Virus record (IMG/VR): IMGVR_UViG_3300025786_000100
Reading direction: 5' to 3' (one strand)
Origin: an uncultured virus (IMG/VR IMGVR_UViG_3300025786_000100)
Lineage: Duplodnaviria > Heunggongvirae > Uroviricota > Caudoviricetes
Length of the DNA: 64,000 bases
Below, one piece after another: positions 8,569-17,390 of this stretch; positions within the stretch are counted from its first letter, which is position 1; the number at the start of each line of letters is the position of its first letter. The translations under genes and the position numbers were made by a program. Under the pieces are notes generated by a model. It was given only the letters and a program-made list of their open reading frames with translations, was not told where the DNA came from and ran no database searches.

Positions 8569-10389
8569 TCAGGTGAGCAAGTTAGAGAAGAAGCCCACTC
8601 CTCTATCCTGGGGCGTGCCGACGAGGGTCGCCCGATCGAGCAAAAGGTTGAAGAGTTCGCACGCTGTCTCGGGGACCAGCAGGCAGGAATGACACGCCGC
8701 CTGGTTCAACGGCTCCGAGAACGACTGCACAGCCTCGATGCAGAGCGGATCGGATGAGCACCACACAGCGGACCGCACGGATCGATGCACGGCCTCGGCG
8801 AACCTGGCGGGTCTCCCCTGACGGGACAGCCCGCCGAGCGTCCCCTCGGAGTCCGGGGTCGCAGTGTAGATCAAGATGCCAGCCATAGGACGTTCACCGG
8901 TGTCGATGTACAGCCGCTCCCTCAGCGCGGCGTGGGAGTAGCCACAGTCAAGCGAGAGCTGTCTCATCAGCACGTGAGCGAACGAATGCAGCAGGACATG
9001 TCGCGGCGTGACGGCACTTAGCGCGTAGCCGTCCGGCTGCAGGCTCCGTCCTCTCTCGATGAATGCCTGGTTGATCTGGTTCGTCCTCGTCCGGATCAAC
9101 TCTGACTGCTCCCAGCGAGCCAGCGAGGACTCGTTGAACTGGATGAAGATGCCTTCTCCACGGACTTCGATCGCGGGGAGCCAGTTCAGACCCGCCGGCT
9201 TTACTTCGCAGAGCGTCGCAGAGTCAGGTCCAGCGGACTCTGACGGGGGCTTGATGCGCGTGAAGCCAACGAGTGCCCGGACCTCTCTCAGGCGTGTCAC
9301 CCTGACAAGGCGCGAGAACCACGGCCTGAGGTCCGCAGGCACGACTTCATGCTTCGTGCGGAACTCTGAGTCCTCTGTGACGGCTTGGGGGCGCTCATTG
9401 GTCAACTGGAGGTACTCTTCCCACCTTACCGTTTCGTTCGGAGACTGGAGAATCGCTATACGGTCCTTGACGAGCTTCAAGATATTCTGGGCAGGCATCC
9501 CTAGCGTCGACTCCAGCTTCAGCAGCTCGATCAGCTTCAGCCGATCCGCATCGTTCGATTGGTCCCGGAAGTGCCTCCAGTAGGTCCCGAGACGCTGCTG
9601 GATATGCTCAGACCATGGCGGGATGTCCAAGGCCGATGCGTTGACAGCGAAGTAGAGGTTCGAACCTCCTCGCAGCACCGTGCGAGGGACCCTGGTGCAC
9701 GTTTCGTTCGGCCCAGCGATCCAAGGCCTCCGTCCGTGGCAGCCCACGCCCCGTATGGCATCCCTGCCGAAGCAACCATCCATAGGCTTGTTTGCCCCAC
9801 ATTCAAGGCAGCTGAGGATGAGGTTGGCGAAGCCGGCCTTGTCCCGCCCCTCCAGCTTGATGTCCTTCTCCCGCTTGCAGTCCTTGGCGTGCTGTATCCA
9901 CCAGTTCCAAGGGAACTCGTCGAGGTGGCCGTTCGTGCATGCAAGGATGAACCTAGACGGGACGACGTGGACTCGGTGCTCCTCACCTTCTGAACATGCG
10001 CTACAGTACCGAGCCGCACTATTAGTCCCGCGCTGCCAGTTGTGCTCCTGCCGTAGGATGTGGCACTTCGGGCACTGCAACCACCGGGGGAAGCGCACGG
10101 CTAGCAACACATCGGAGGGCTGCCTCCTCCTCATGTGATCATCGCTGGATACAGGCGGTAACCTGAAACCATCGACCCGCAGGCGTGCCTGTAGGCGCGG
10201 CTCGAAGATTGCATTCGGGTTCTCAAGCCCTTGGGTCCTCGCGCGAGCCTCCCACTCTTCCAGGCCGCACACTACGGCGGAGATCGGGGCTCCATCGCGT
10301 GCCCGGAAGTCAACGATCGCGCCAGGACCGCTTACGCAGATCACCTGGCTCCTTCGGACCGTCCCTAGATCAGTTGCTCTTGGTGCCAC
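8569..10389 (-). CDS. drmB: DUF1998 protein, DISARM DrmB
   Basis: VRRSQVI..GPGAIVD, CxxGHLDEFPW, LLHSFAHVLM, SEGTLGGL, CSSDPLC, AACHSC..PETAC. Confidence 0.9.
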   Translation of the reverse strand: MAPRATDLGTVRRSQVICVSGPGAIVDFRARDGAPISAVVCGLEEWEARARTQGLENPNAIFEPRLQARLRVDGFRLPPVSSDDHMRRRQPSDVLLAVRFPRWLQCPKCHILRQEHNWQRGTNSAARYCSACSEGEEHRVHVVPSRFILACTNGHLDEFPWNWWIQHAKDCKREKDIKLEGRDKAGFANLILSCLECGANKPMDGCFGRDAIRGVGCHGRRPWIAGPNETCTRVPRTVLRGGSNLYFAVNASALDIPPWSEHIQQRLGTYWRHFRDQSNDADRLKLIELLKLESTLGMPAQNILKLVKDRIAILQSPNETVRWEEYLQLTNERPQAVTEDSEFRTKHEVVPADLRPWFSRLVRVTRLREVRALVGFTRIKPPSESAGPDSATLCEVKPAGLNWLPAIEVRGEGIFIQFNESSLARWEQSELIRTRTNQINQAFIERGRSLQPDGYALSAVTPRHVLLHSFAHVLMRQLSLDCGYSHAALRERLYIDTGERPMAGILIYTATPDSEGTLGGLSRQGRPARFAEAVHRSVRSAVWCSSDPLCIEAVQSFSEPLNQAACHSCLLVPETACELFNLLLDRATLVGTPQDRGVGFFSNLLT

Positions 10390-13300
10390 TGATGTCCTCC
10401 CGCAGCCGCTCAGTGATCACGAACGGGGTCCCCGGCTCGACCTCGCGCATCGAGTTCGGGGTAGGCCATTCCAGCCGGTCGTAGTCCTTTCCCAAGGCGG
10501 CAGCTGCCTCCGCAGAGATCAGGAGACTGGGAGCCTTATTGGAATCGTCCCAGTAGTGCCTCAAATCCTTGCGAGCCGCCCATCCGTCCAACAACTGCAT
10601 GACCCTCTGGAGCACCGATGCGGACTCGTCCGGGTCCACGCGCCGGGCTCGTTCGATGATCACCCTTGCGATGACCTCGACCTCTTGTCGCCTCGCGGCG
10701 TTCATGACGGGAGAGTCGGTCATGGTCGGCTGCAGATGACGGACCAGCGCCACCAGGACGGCGTGGAGCGCCTTATCCCGGGCCCGCGGGGCGAACGGTG
10801 TCACGCTCGTGGACTCGACGTCCCGGTATAGGGTGGCGTGCCATGAACTGAAGGTCTCGAAGCGTGACCGATCTCGCGCCCGCGCATGGTTGAACACGGT
10901 GAGGATGATCCCAGGCACCAAGTTCCTGCCGACGCGGCTGGTCGCCTGGATGTACTCGGCGATCCCCTTCGGTTGGCCATTCACCACCATGAGTCCGAGG
11001 CGTGGGATGTCCACCCCGACACTGATCATGTTGCTAGCCAGGAGGATGTCGCACTGGCCGGGCTCCTGGAGTGTTTCCAGGATCGTCGGTATCTCGACGG
11101 AAGGCGTCCGACTCGTCAACTCCAATGGAGGGATGAGGCTTCGAGGCGCTTCGCCCCTCCTGGCCGAGTAGGACCTCAAGGAGACCCCGACGTCGTCCTG
11201 CATGAGGACCAGGGCTCCTCCCAGTTCGCGGAGCGTGTTGAAGTACGCCACAAGCGTCGAGTAGTAGTTCCTCAGCGCTTCCGGAAGGCGCGGATCGTTA
11301 GCCGCCTGGAGAGATGATGCGCAGACCGCCTGCAAGGAGAAGCGGGCAGATCGTCCTGCCGTGCTCAAACCGAGGTATAGACGGCCAGGTGCACCGTGAT
11401 CCACGACGGCGAAGCATGAGTTCTCGACGTCGATGCATGGCGGGGGAAACTGATGGGCATCCCGATCGAAGAGATCCTTGATCTGCTCAGCTGCACGACG
11501 GATGGTCGCGGTCGATCCGATCACCTTCGGGCGATATCCGTCCCTGGAGCAGATGGCATCGATGGCGACCTCGTAGAGCCCGGCCAAAGTCCCGAGCGGC
11601 CCTGAGATAAGATGGAGCTCGTCCTGGATGATCATGTCCGGCGGACGACCACCGCCCTTCTTTCCGAACAGCGTAGAAGTCTCCGGTTTGCGTACGATCT
11701 GCGCGAACTTGTCCAGGGTACCGATGACCAGGGAAGGGCGGACCTTGTAGATGTACTCATCCACCGTGTAGATTGGGAGCAGTCCAGTGATCACACATTG
11801 CGCGTTCTGACAGGCAGGGCGCAATACGCGCTGGACTCGATCGTCTTCGAGCTTCAATGCTGTGGAGCAGGCCGGGCACTTGTTCAATTGCATCACAGCC
11901 CTGCGATCTTTCCTAGCATCGGCATCGGTATTGGGTGTGGCACCTCCGCCGACCCAGAGCCCAATCGAGAACGGGGTATTCCCGAGGGATTTGTCCTGCT
12001 TGCGCAGGTGTTCGCAAGCCAGGATCAAGGCAGCCGCACGCTGGAACTGTTGGATGGTCAGGAGCCGGAGGGTATACCGCATCAGGACGGAGACGCCAGC
12101 AGCCCTGTCGTCATCTTTCTCGGTCAGCCGCCTGATGATCAAGGTGAAAGCCGTGAGGGCTAGATAGGCTTCGGTCTTGCCACCACCTGTGGGAAACCAG
12201 AGGAGGTCCATCATCCTTCTGTCGGCATGTTTCCCGTCTGCTAGCGAGGCTACGCAGAGAAGCTGGAAGCCGAGCTGGAACGGTCGCCAACGGAACTGTG
12301 AGTCCCCCTGCCAATGCCGCTGAAGATGGATCGCATGGTTGGCAAGCTGGAAGGCTTTCCTGACCGTCGCATTGCCAGCAATGAGCGCGACGCCTTCCTC
12401 GATCCGCTTTGCCGCCCTATCGCAAGACGCCAGGTTCCTGCGTGCAGCTTCCCTGAGAGATGCCGGTAATCCGTCAACCCTGCCCATCTGTCCCTGGAGC
12501 CAGCTCCGGTATGTCGCAGGCAATCTGCCGAGCGCCTCAGCTAACGCTTCCGGAGCGGCGGCGGCCAACCATTCGGGACTCGTGGCATCACCTAATGACC
12601 CGAATACCGGATCGCCTGCGGACGAGATGCTGTTGACGATGTGCCTCGGCAGCCATGTGCTCTGGATCAACGATGCCGTGTCACCAGAAGCCGTCCACGA
12701 CGCCGAGCATGTATGCCCGACAGCGAACTCCCGATGTTCCCTGTAGAGCAGAGCGTTGCTCTCATCTTCTTCATCTTGGACGGTTCTGAACCTTGGACGA
12801 GCGACGAGAGCGCACTCATGAGCAGCGATGATCGCAAGCTCGACCTGGAAGAAGAAGAGCCGCTCATTCTCGAACTTAGTCGCGTTTTGTTTGTTCTGGT
12901 TGACTAGAGCCACGGTCAACGTCGTATGGTCCGACGCCTTCGAAATCTGAGTCACCAGATGGAGGCCTGGCAACTGAGGCTCTGAGACAGGTCGGCTAGA
13001 ATAACCGACCTGGATAGGGATGACCAGGCCGACATCATGAGCCGTTCGACGCCAGGTTGGCTTCCCTCGCTTACTGCCTTCCTTCCTCTCGCCAATGTAC
13101 GTACCGCAACGGACTCGGACCTTGATCTCAGGCTTCGCCCCGTCCTCCCTGACTGCAAAGGAGAGCCCCATCGTCGAGGGCTTTCCCGCCAGTGCCATGC
13201 GGGCGGTCTCCTCCAGCGACGCTCCCTGTTCGTCGCACTCAGCCTTGTCCTCCAAGCCCTCATCATCCTCGGCCTCGTGCTCTGATGCTCGCGGGAACAG

Positions 13301-13423
13301 GATTCCCGACAGGTACCGCTCGGACGGGATGTCTTCGATGGATTCGTCGGGAGCCCCAGGGCCGACAAGGTCAGCGGCGATACGCCCGGTGAAGATGTCT
13401 CTCGGGTCTTGCTCAGTCGTCAT
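10370..13423 (-). CDS. drmA: SF2 helicase, DISARM DrmA
   Basis: WRPFQ, LLWFPTGGGKTEAY, MRYTLRLLTIQQFQR, QDELH, SNMISVGVD, YIQATSRVGR. Confidence 0.9.
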   Translation of the reverse strand: MTTEQDPRDIFTGRIAADLVGPGAPDESIEDIPSERYLSGILFPRASEHEAEDDEGLEDKAECDEQGASLEETARMALAGKPSTMGLSFAVREDGAKPEIKVRVRCGTYIGERKEGSKRGKPTWRRTAHDVGLVIPIQVGYSSRPVSEPQLPGLHLVTQISKASDHTTLTVALVNQNKQNATKFENERLFFFQVELAIIAAHECALVARPRFRTVQDEEDESNALLYREHREFAVGHTCSASWTASGDTASLIQSTWLPRHIVNSISSAGDPVFGSLGDATSPEWLAAAAPEALAEALGRLPATYRSWLQGQMGRVDGLPASLREAARRNLASCDRAAKRIEEGVALIAGNATVRKAFQLANHAIHLQRHWQGDSQFRWRPFQLGFQLLCVASLADGKHADRRMMDLLWFPTGGGKTEAYLALTAFTLIIRRLTEKDDDRAAGVSVLMRYTLRLLTIQQFQRAAALILACEHLRKQDKSLGNTPFSIGLWVGGGATPNTDADARKDRRAVMQLNKCPACSTALKLEDDRVQRVLRPACQNAQCVITGLLPIYTVDEYIYKVRPSLVIGTLDKFAQIVRKPETSTLFGKKGGGRPPDMIIQDELHLISGPLGTLAGLYEVAIDAICSRDGYRPKVIGSTATIRRAAEQIKDLFDRDAHQFPPPCIDVENSCFAVVDHGAPGRLYLGLSTAGRSARFSLQAVCASSLQAANDPRLPEALRNYYSTLVAYFNTLRELGGALVLMQDDVGVSLRSYSARRGEAPRSLIPPLELTSRTPSVEIPTILETLQEPGQCDILLASNMISVGVDIPRLGLMVVNGQPKGIAEYIQATSRVGRNLVPGIILTVFNHARARDRSRFETFSSWHATLYRDVESTSVTPFAPRARDKALHAVLVALVRHLQPTMTDSPVMNAARRQEVEVIARVIIERARRVDPDESASVLQRVMQLLDGWAARKDLRHYWDDSNKAPSLLISAEAAAALGKDYDRLEWPTPNSMREVEPGTPFVITERLREDISGTKSN

Positions 13424-15269
13424 TTCGCCTCCATGTCTTGAAGCGAACCGTCGAGAATCCTTTTATCACTGGCGCAAGGAAGAACCCACTTGTACTGTAT
13501 GGCTCATGGATGCCTGAATCCCCGATCTCCTCGTCTGAGAGGGCGATGGTCCGCGCGCCGAACAACGTCAGATGATCGATGCCGAGAGGACCGATACGGC
13601 GGATGATCTTCGCCGCGCTCATCAGGTCCTTGTTCACAACCTGGTTGAGGATGCCGATGTCTAGCGCCTTTCGGTCGAAGACGGCCTCGACCCTGAACGT
13701 GAACGAGCGGTCGCCCTGTTGGAGGTAGGCGCTGGCCTTCGTCGAGGTGAATAGGTTCTTACTGAGCAAGGTCTGCAACTCGCGTGCACGCTCAGGCTCA
13801 CTGTGCAGGCTCCGTCTGACGCAGGCGACCGCATCAAGGTCATCAGCGAAGCCGAAGGCCAACTGCATCTTCCCGCCTGTGGTCCGGTACTCACGCCCTG
13901 ACGGCAGGGTATCCCCACGAGCAGCTAGTCCTTCGCCGACCCGCAACGCTCTCTTCGGACGAGTAGCGCCGACGTAGATCACCCGGGTCTCTTCAGCGGC
14001 TGCACCGGCATCATCAGGTCCCTTGAACTTGGGTAGCATCAGGAGTACGTTCGTGGCTTCCCGGCCCTTTGAAGCGTGGATGGTACTCACGATCGGACCT
14101 GACGTCCCAATCTCCGACAAGCAAGCATCCAGAGGTGGTCGCATACGGCTCAAGCCAGCCCGAACCTTCGCTATGAGGACGGGACCCTGCTTACGCCGCC
14201 CCAGTCGTTCCAGGAGCCCCCACGCCGACTCCTCGGAGAGGCCGGAGAACTTCCCCAAGATGTCGATGTGGCTAGCCCAAAGGTCCGCGAACTGGGAGCG
14301 CTCGATCGTCTCGTCAGTGAAGGGACCGAGAGTGATCCCGATCCATGGGTGGAGGACCGGAGGAGTCCCGGACATCCGCATCCTATGCTCGCGTCCAGCG
14401 CTCGACAGGAAGGAAGATGCGATCCAGACCTCGATCCGCCGCCGGAACAGGAGCAGTGTCTCGTCGTCCAACTGGATCTTCGCAAGATCGGTCTCGGTCT
14501 CATGCCCATCAGCTAATGCACGGATGGCTGCTCCGAGTTCAGCGTACCCTCCGTCCTTGTATTCCAGCGCCAGCTTCCGCGTCGCCCCCAAGAACAACTT
14601 CTCCAGGGAAGGGGACGCCGATCGGTAGAGCTTCTTCAACTGGAGCTCTTCGATCTTCAACTCCTTCGCCTCTGCCAGGAGTTGGAGGAACGACTTCTCG
14701 GGTGGAGCGTCCTCAGGCTTGTCATCGCCGGTGAAGCCGTAGATGGCCTGCGCAGGGTCTGCAAGGATCGTGCAGCCGCATTCTGGACGGATCACCTTCA
14801 ACAATTCCATGCACAAGGCTGCACGGGCACCGGTAAGGTCCTGAGCCTCGTCGATGATCAGATGTTTCAGCCTCTGGACGTAACTGACAATCTCGGGCTC
14901 CCGCTCACGCAGTAGCTTCACGAGGCTTTCAATGTTCGCCTCGTAGTCAGCCATCAATGCCGCGTCTTCGACATCCTGGAACCCACGCAGGATGTGCCAG
15001 GTCTCCGAGTCTAGGGTGCTCAGGTTGACGGAGACGGCCCGAGATTTCTCCTTTGACAGACGCTTGATGCGGTCTTTGATCTCCCCTACGGCCGTACGGG
15101 TGAAGCTCAGGAGATGGATGAGGGAGGGCTCGACGTTCGAGTCCAAGAGGTAGGCGACCCGTGCGCAAGCAACGGCTGTCTTCCCGGTGCCGGGAGGCGC
15201 TTCAACGAGGACTCGGTCGGTGACTCGTGCCTCTATTATGATGGCTTGGTCAAAATCCCATGATTCCAC
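13413..15269 (-). CDS. UvrD/Rep-like SF1 helicase
   Basis: APPGTGKT, SFTRTA, IIDEAQD, DPAQAIYGF, STIHASKGRE, YVGATRPK; overlaps drmA start. Confidence 0.85.
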   Translation of the reverse strand: MESWDFDQAIIIEARVTDRVLVEAPPGTGKTAVACARVAYLLDSNVEPSLIHLLSFTRTAVGEIKDRIKRLSKEKSRAVSVNLSTLDSETWHILRGFQDVEDAALMADYEANIESLVKLLREREPEIVSYVQRLKHLIIDEAQDLTGARAALCMELLKVIRPECGCTILADPAQAIYGFTGDDKPEDAPPEKSFLQLLAEAKELKIEELQLKKLYRSASPSLEKLFLGATRKLALEYKDGGYAELGAAIRALADGHETETDLAKIQLDDETLLLFRRRIEVWIASSFLSSAGREHRMRMSGTPPVLHPWIGITLGPFTDETIERSQFADLWASHIDILGKFSGLSEESAWGLLERLGRRKQGPVLIAKVRAGLSRMRPPLDACLSEIGTSGPIVSTIHASKGREATNVLLMLPKFKGPDDAGAAAEETRVIYVGATRPKRALRVGEGLAARGDTLPSGREYRTTGGKMQLAFGFADDLDAVACVRRSLHSEPERARELQTLLSKNLFTSTKASAYLQQGDRSFTFRVEAVFDRKALDIGILNQVVNKDLMSAAKIIRRIGPLGIDHLTLFGARTIALSDEEIGDSGIHEPYSTSGFFLAPVIKGFSTVRFKTWRRNDD

Positions 15270-15485
15270 AACGATATGATAGTAACAATCGCAGGACTGG
15301 TTGACGCGCAGGCTCGATAAGGCTATCCAATGGCTATTCCTACGGATTTTCCCGCTCGCCGCCCAGCGCCGCAGATTGGATCACAGCCAGCTCAGGTATG
15401 GGCAAATCAAAAGATTTTGGTCGGCCGTCGTATTGCAATCATCGACGGGGTGGTAGCCTTTCAGCAATCGTGTGGGCCAACCGTC

Positions 15486-16376
15486 TTAAATACTCTGGCT
15501 GCAGGTCAGTGTGTAGGGAATCCTTTTCTGCTCCGAATTTCCGATCTCATAGACAAGCCGGTCGAACCGCTTCCACGCCTCCCCCTCGATCCCGCCATGA
15601 ATCACCTGGCACCCCGCCGACCACCCGTTGACCCAGTCCGTCGTCCCTGCCGCGTGGATGTTGATCCCGAACCAGTCCTCATCGATCGTTGGCCGAACAA
15701 GGTCGGGATCGTCGTCGAAATAGCGCTTCACGCGGACCGGCCTCGCTTGGCGCAGGGCGCGGTACTTACTCGCGTGGAGACCACGCTGGAACCAGTATTG
15801 CCCCTCCATGAGATGCGCCACACCCCTGGGGTTGGCCTTGCCCTTGCGCTGTAGGCCCGGATCGCAGCTCGCGTCGAAGGACTCGACGCAGGGCTCGCGG
15901 CGTTCGTCGAGCCAGATCGCGTAGATCGTGTCGTTGTAGAGGTTGAACTTATTCGGAACCGCCTCGCCGTGCCAGAAGCCGCGGATGCCGAGCAGGTTTA
16001 GGTAGAGCGGCTTGATCTCGAAGGTGTAGCCCAGCCCCTCGATGATCTCGCGGAAGTAGAGGTAGAGCCGGTCCGGGTCCGCCGGCGTCTTGGGCCCCTC
16101 CACGCGGGTGGCCAGAACGCGCTTGGTGTTGGGCCCGACGATCCCGTCCACGCCGAGCCGGCTGTCTTTCTGAAACGCACGCACCGCTCGCAGCGTATTC
16201 TCACCGAAGACCCCGTCGGGCTTGGGCAGGAGGAAGCGCAGGCTGTGCAGGTCCTCCTGCAAGTCCGCCACGAGCCGGCCGCGGACCGTGCCTGCCAGCC
16301 GCCGGAAGTTGGCGTGTCCGACGTCGTCGACCGCGCCGAGCTTGAGCGTAGGGCCCTTGAGGTAGCTTCTGGCCAT
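15486..16376 (-). CDS. Endolysin: PG-binding domain plus YkuD-like Cys/His domain
   Basis: DGVFGENT..AVRAFQ..DGIVGPNT; GINIHAAG...WSAGCQVI; follows holin. Confidence 0.75.
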   Translation of the reverse strand: MARSYLKGPTLKLGAVDDVGHANFRRLAGTVRGRLVADLQEDLHSLRFLLPKPDGVFGENTLRAVRAFQKDSRLGVDGIVGPNTKRVLATRVEGPKTPADPDRLYLYFREIIEGLGYTFEIKPLYLNLLGIRGFWHGEAVPNKFNLYNDTIYAIWLDERREPCVESFDASCDPGLQRKGKANPRGVAHLMEGQYWFQRGLHASKYRALRQARPVRVKRYFDDDPDLVRPTIDEDWFGINIHAAGTTDWVNGWSAGCQVIHGGIEGEAWKRFDRLVYEIGNSEQKRIPYTLTCSQSI

Positions 16377-16380
16377 CGCG

Positions 16381-16908
16381 CTACCGCTTGAAGAGCGAGC
16401 TCAGCATCCCGCCCCCGCTGGAGTTCCCGGTCTTCTTGTCCAAGGACCGGAAGCCGGTGTAGCCCACGAAGGCGGTGCCGAAGAGGTAGTAAAGCTCCTG
16501 CGGGAAGTTGATCGGCGGCTGGCTGATCGGCGCGCCGGTCTTAAAGAACTGCCAGGTCCCCAGGACGATGAAGTTCCAGAAGAGGACCAAGTACATAAGC
16601 CAGAGGAAGGTCGGCCGTGCGCGCCGGACCCAGGGATCTTCGGAGCGGCCCTCCTCGCGGATCAACTCGCGGGCGTTCTTGCGCTCCTCCACATCGAGCC
16701 GCTTCATTTCGGACTCGTGCTTCATCATGGCCTGTTCGAGTTCGGCCATCTGTTCGGGCGGGATGCGGTTGGCCTTAACATCGCCGGTGAACTCCGAGAG
16801 GGCGTCGGCGGCGTCCTTGAGCTTGTTGCCCTTGCCGGGGCCAACGATGCGGGCGATCGTGCTGATCGCCTTGGGCAGGACTCCGAGCATGGGAAGTAGT
16901 GGCAGCAT
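16381..16908 (-). CDS. Holin (3TM holin family)
   Basis: SEDPWVRRARP followed by hydrophobic helices and GYTGFRSLDK. Confidence 0.8.
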   Translation of the reverse strand: MLPLLPMLGVLPKAISTIARIVGPGKGNKLKDAADALSEFTGDVKANRIPPEQMAELEQAMMKHESEMKRLDVEERKNARELIREEGRSEDPWVRRARPTFLWLMYLVLFWNFIVLGTWQFFKTGAPISQPPINFPQELYYLFGTAFVGYTGFRSLDKKTGNSSGGGMLSSLFKR

Positions 16909-17048
16909 GGTATTCCTCCGTTTGGGACCGTCTCTAAATAAACGCCCGATTTCATAAGCGGCGTTACATGGACTGCCGGCGCTTTGCGGCCTCTACCCTC
17001 TAAAGGGGGGCGCGGGGGCCCGGACGGGGACAGATTTCCGCGCCGCGC

Positions 17049-17216
17049 TCAGAGCTTGAGGCGGCCGTTCTTCTTGACGCAGGCGGCCAGGGACTCGCAT
17101 TTACACCTGGCCGACTCGAGGTCCCGCTCTCTGCGGCGGTCCATACGGTCCTGCGCGAGCCGGACCAAGACGACGACCGCCGCTAATGTGCAGCTTCCCA
17201 GGACGCTACTCGTCAT
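17049..17216 (-). CDS. Small membrane-anchored protein (55 aa), not in ORF track
   Basis: GGAG RBS, MTSSVLGSCTLAAVVVLVRLAQDR...; lies in the lysis module. Confidence 0.45.
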   Translation of the reverse strand: MTSSVLGSCTLAAVVVLVRLAQDRMDRRRERDLESARCKCESLAACVKKNGRLKL

Positions 17217-17388
17217 CTCCATTGATCTTCTCCTTGATGACCGCCATGGTCTTGGCGATCTCCTGCAAGACCGTGGTCATCTGCTCGATGCGCTTGTCGG
17301 TCCGGGCCAGGAGCCAGAAGGCGACGGCGATCGGGAAGCCGACCTGCTGGATGAGCTGCGCCGTGAGGCTTGCGATCTCTTTTTCCAT
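17206..17388 (-). CDS. YvrJ/BhlA-like small membrane protein (putative holin)
   Basis: IQQVGFPIAVAFWLL + coiled coil. Confidence 0.7.
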   Translation of the reverse strand: MEKEIASLTAQLIQQVGFPIAVAFWLLARTDKRIEQMTTVLQEIAKTMAVIKEKINGDDE

Positions 17389-17390
17389 GT

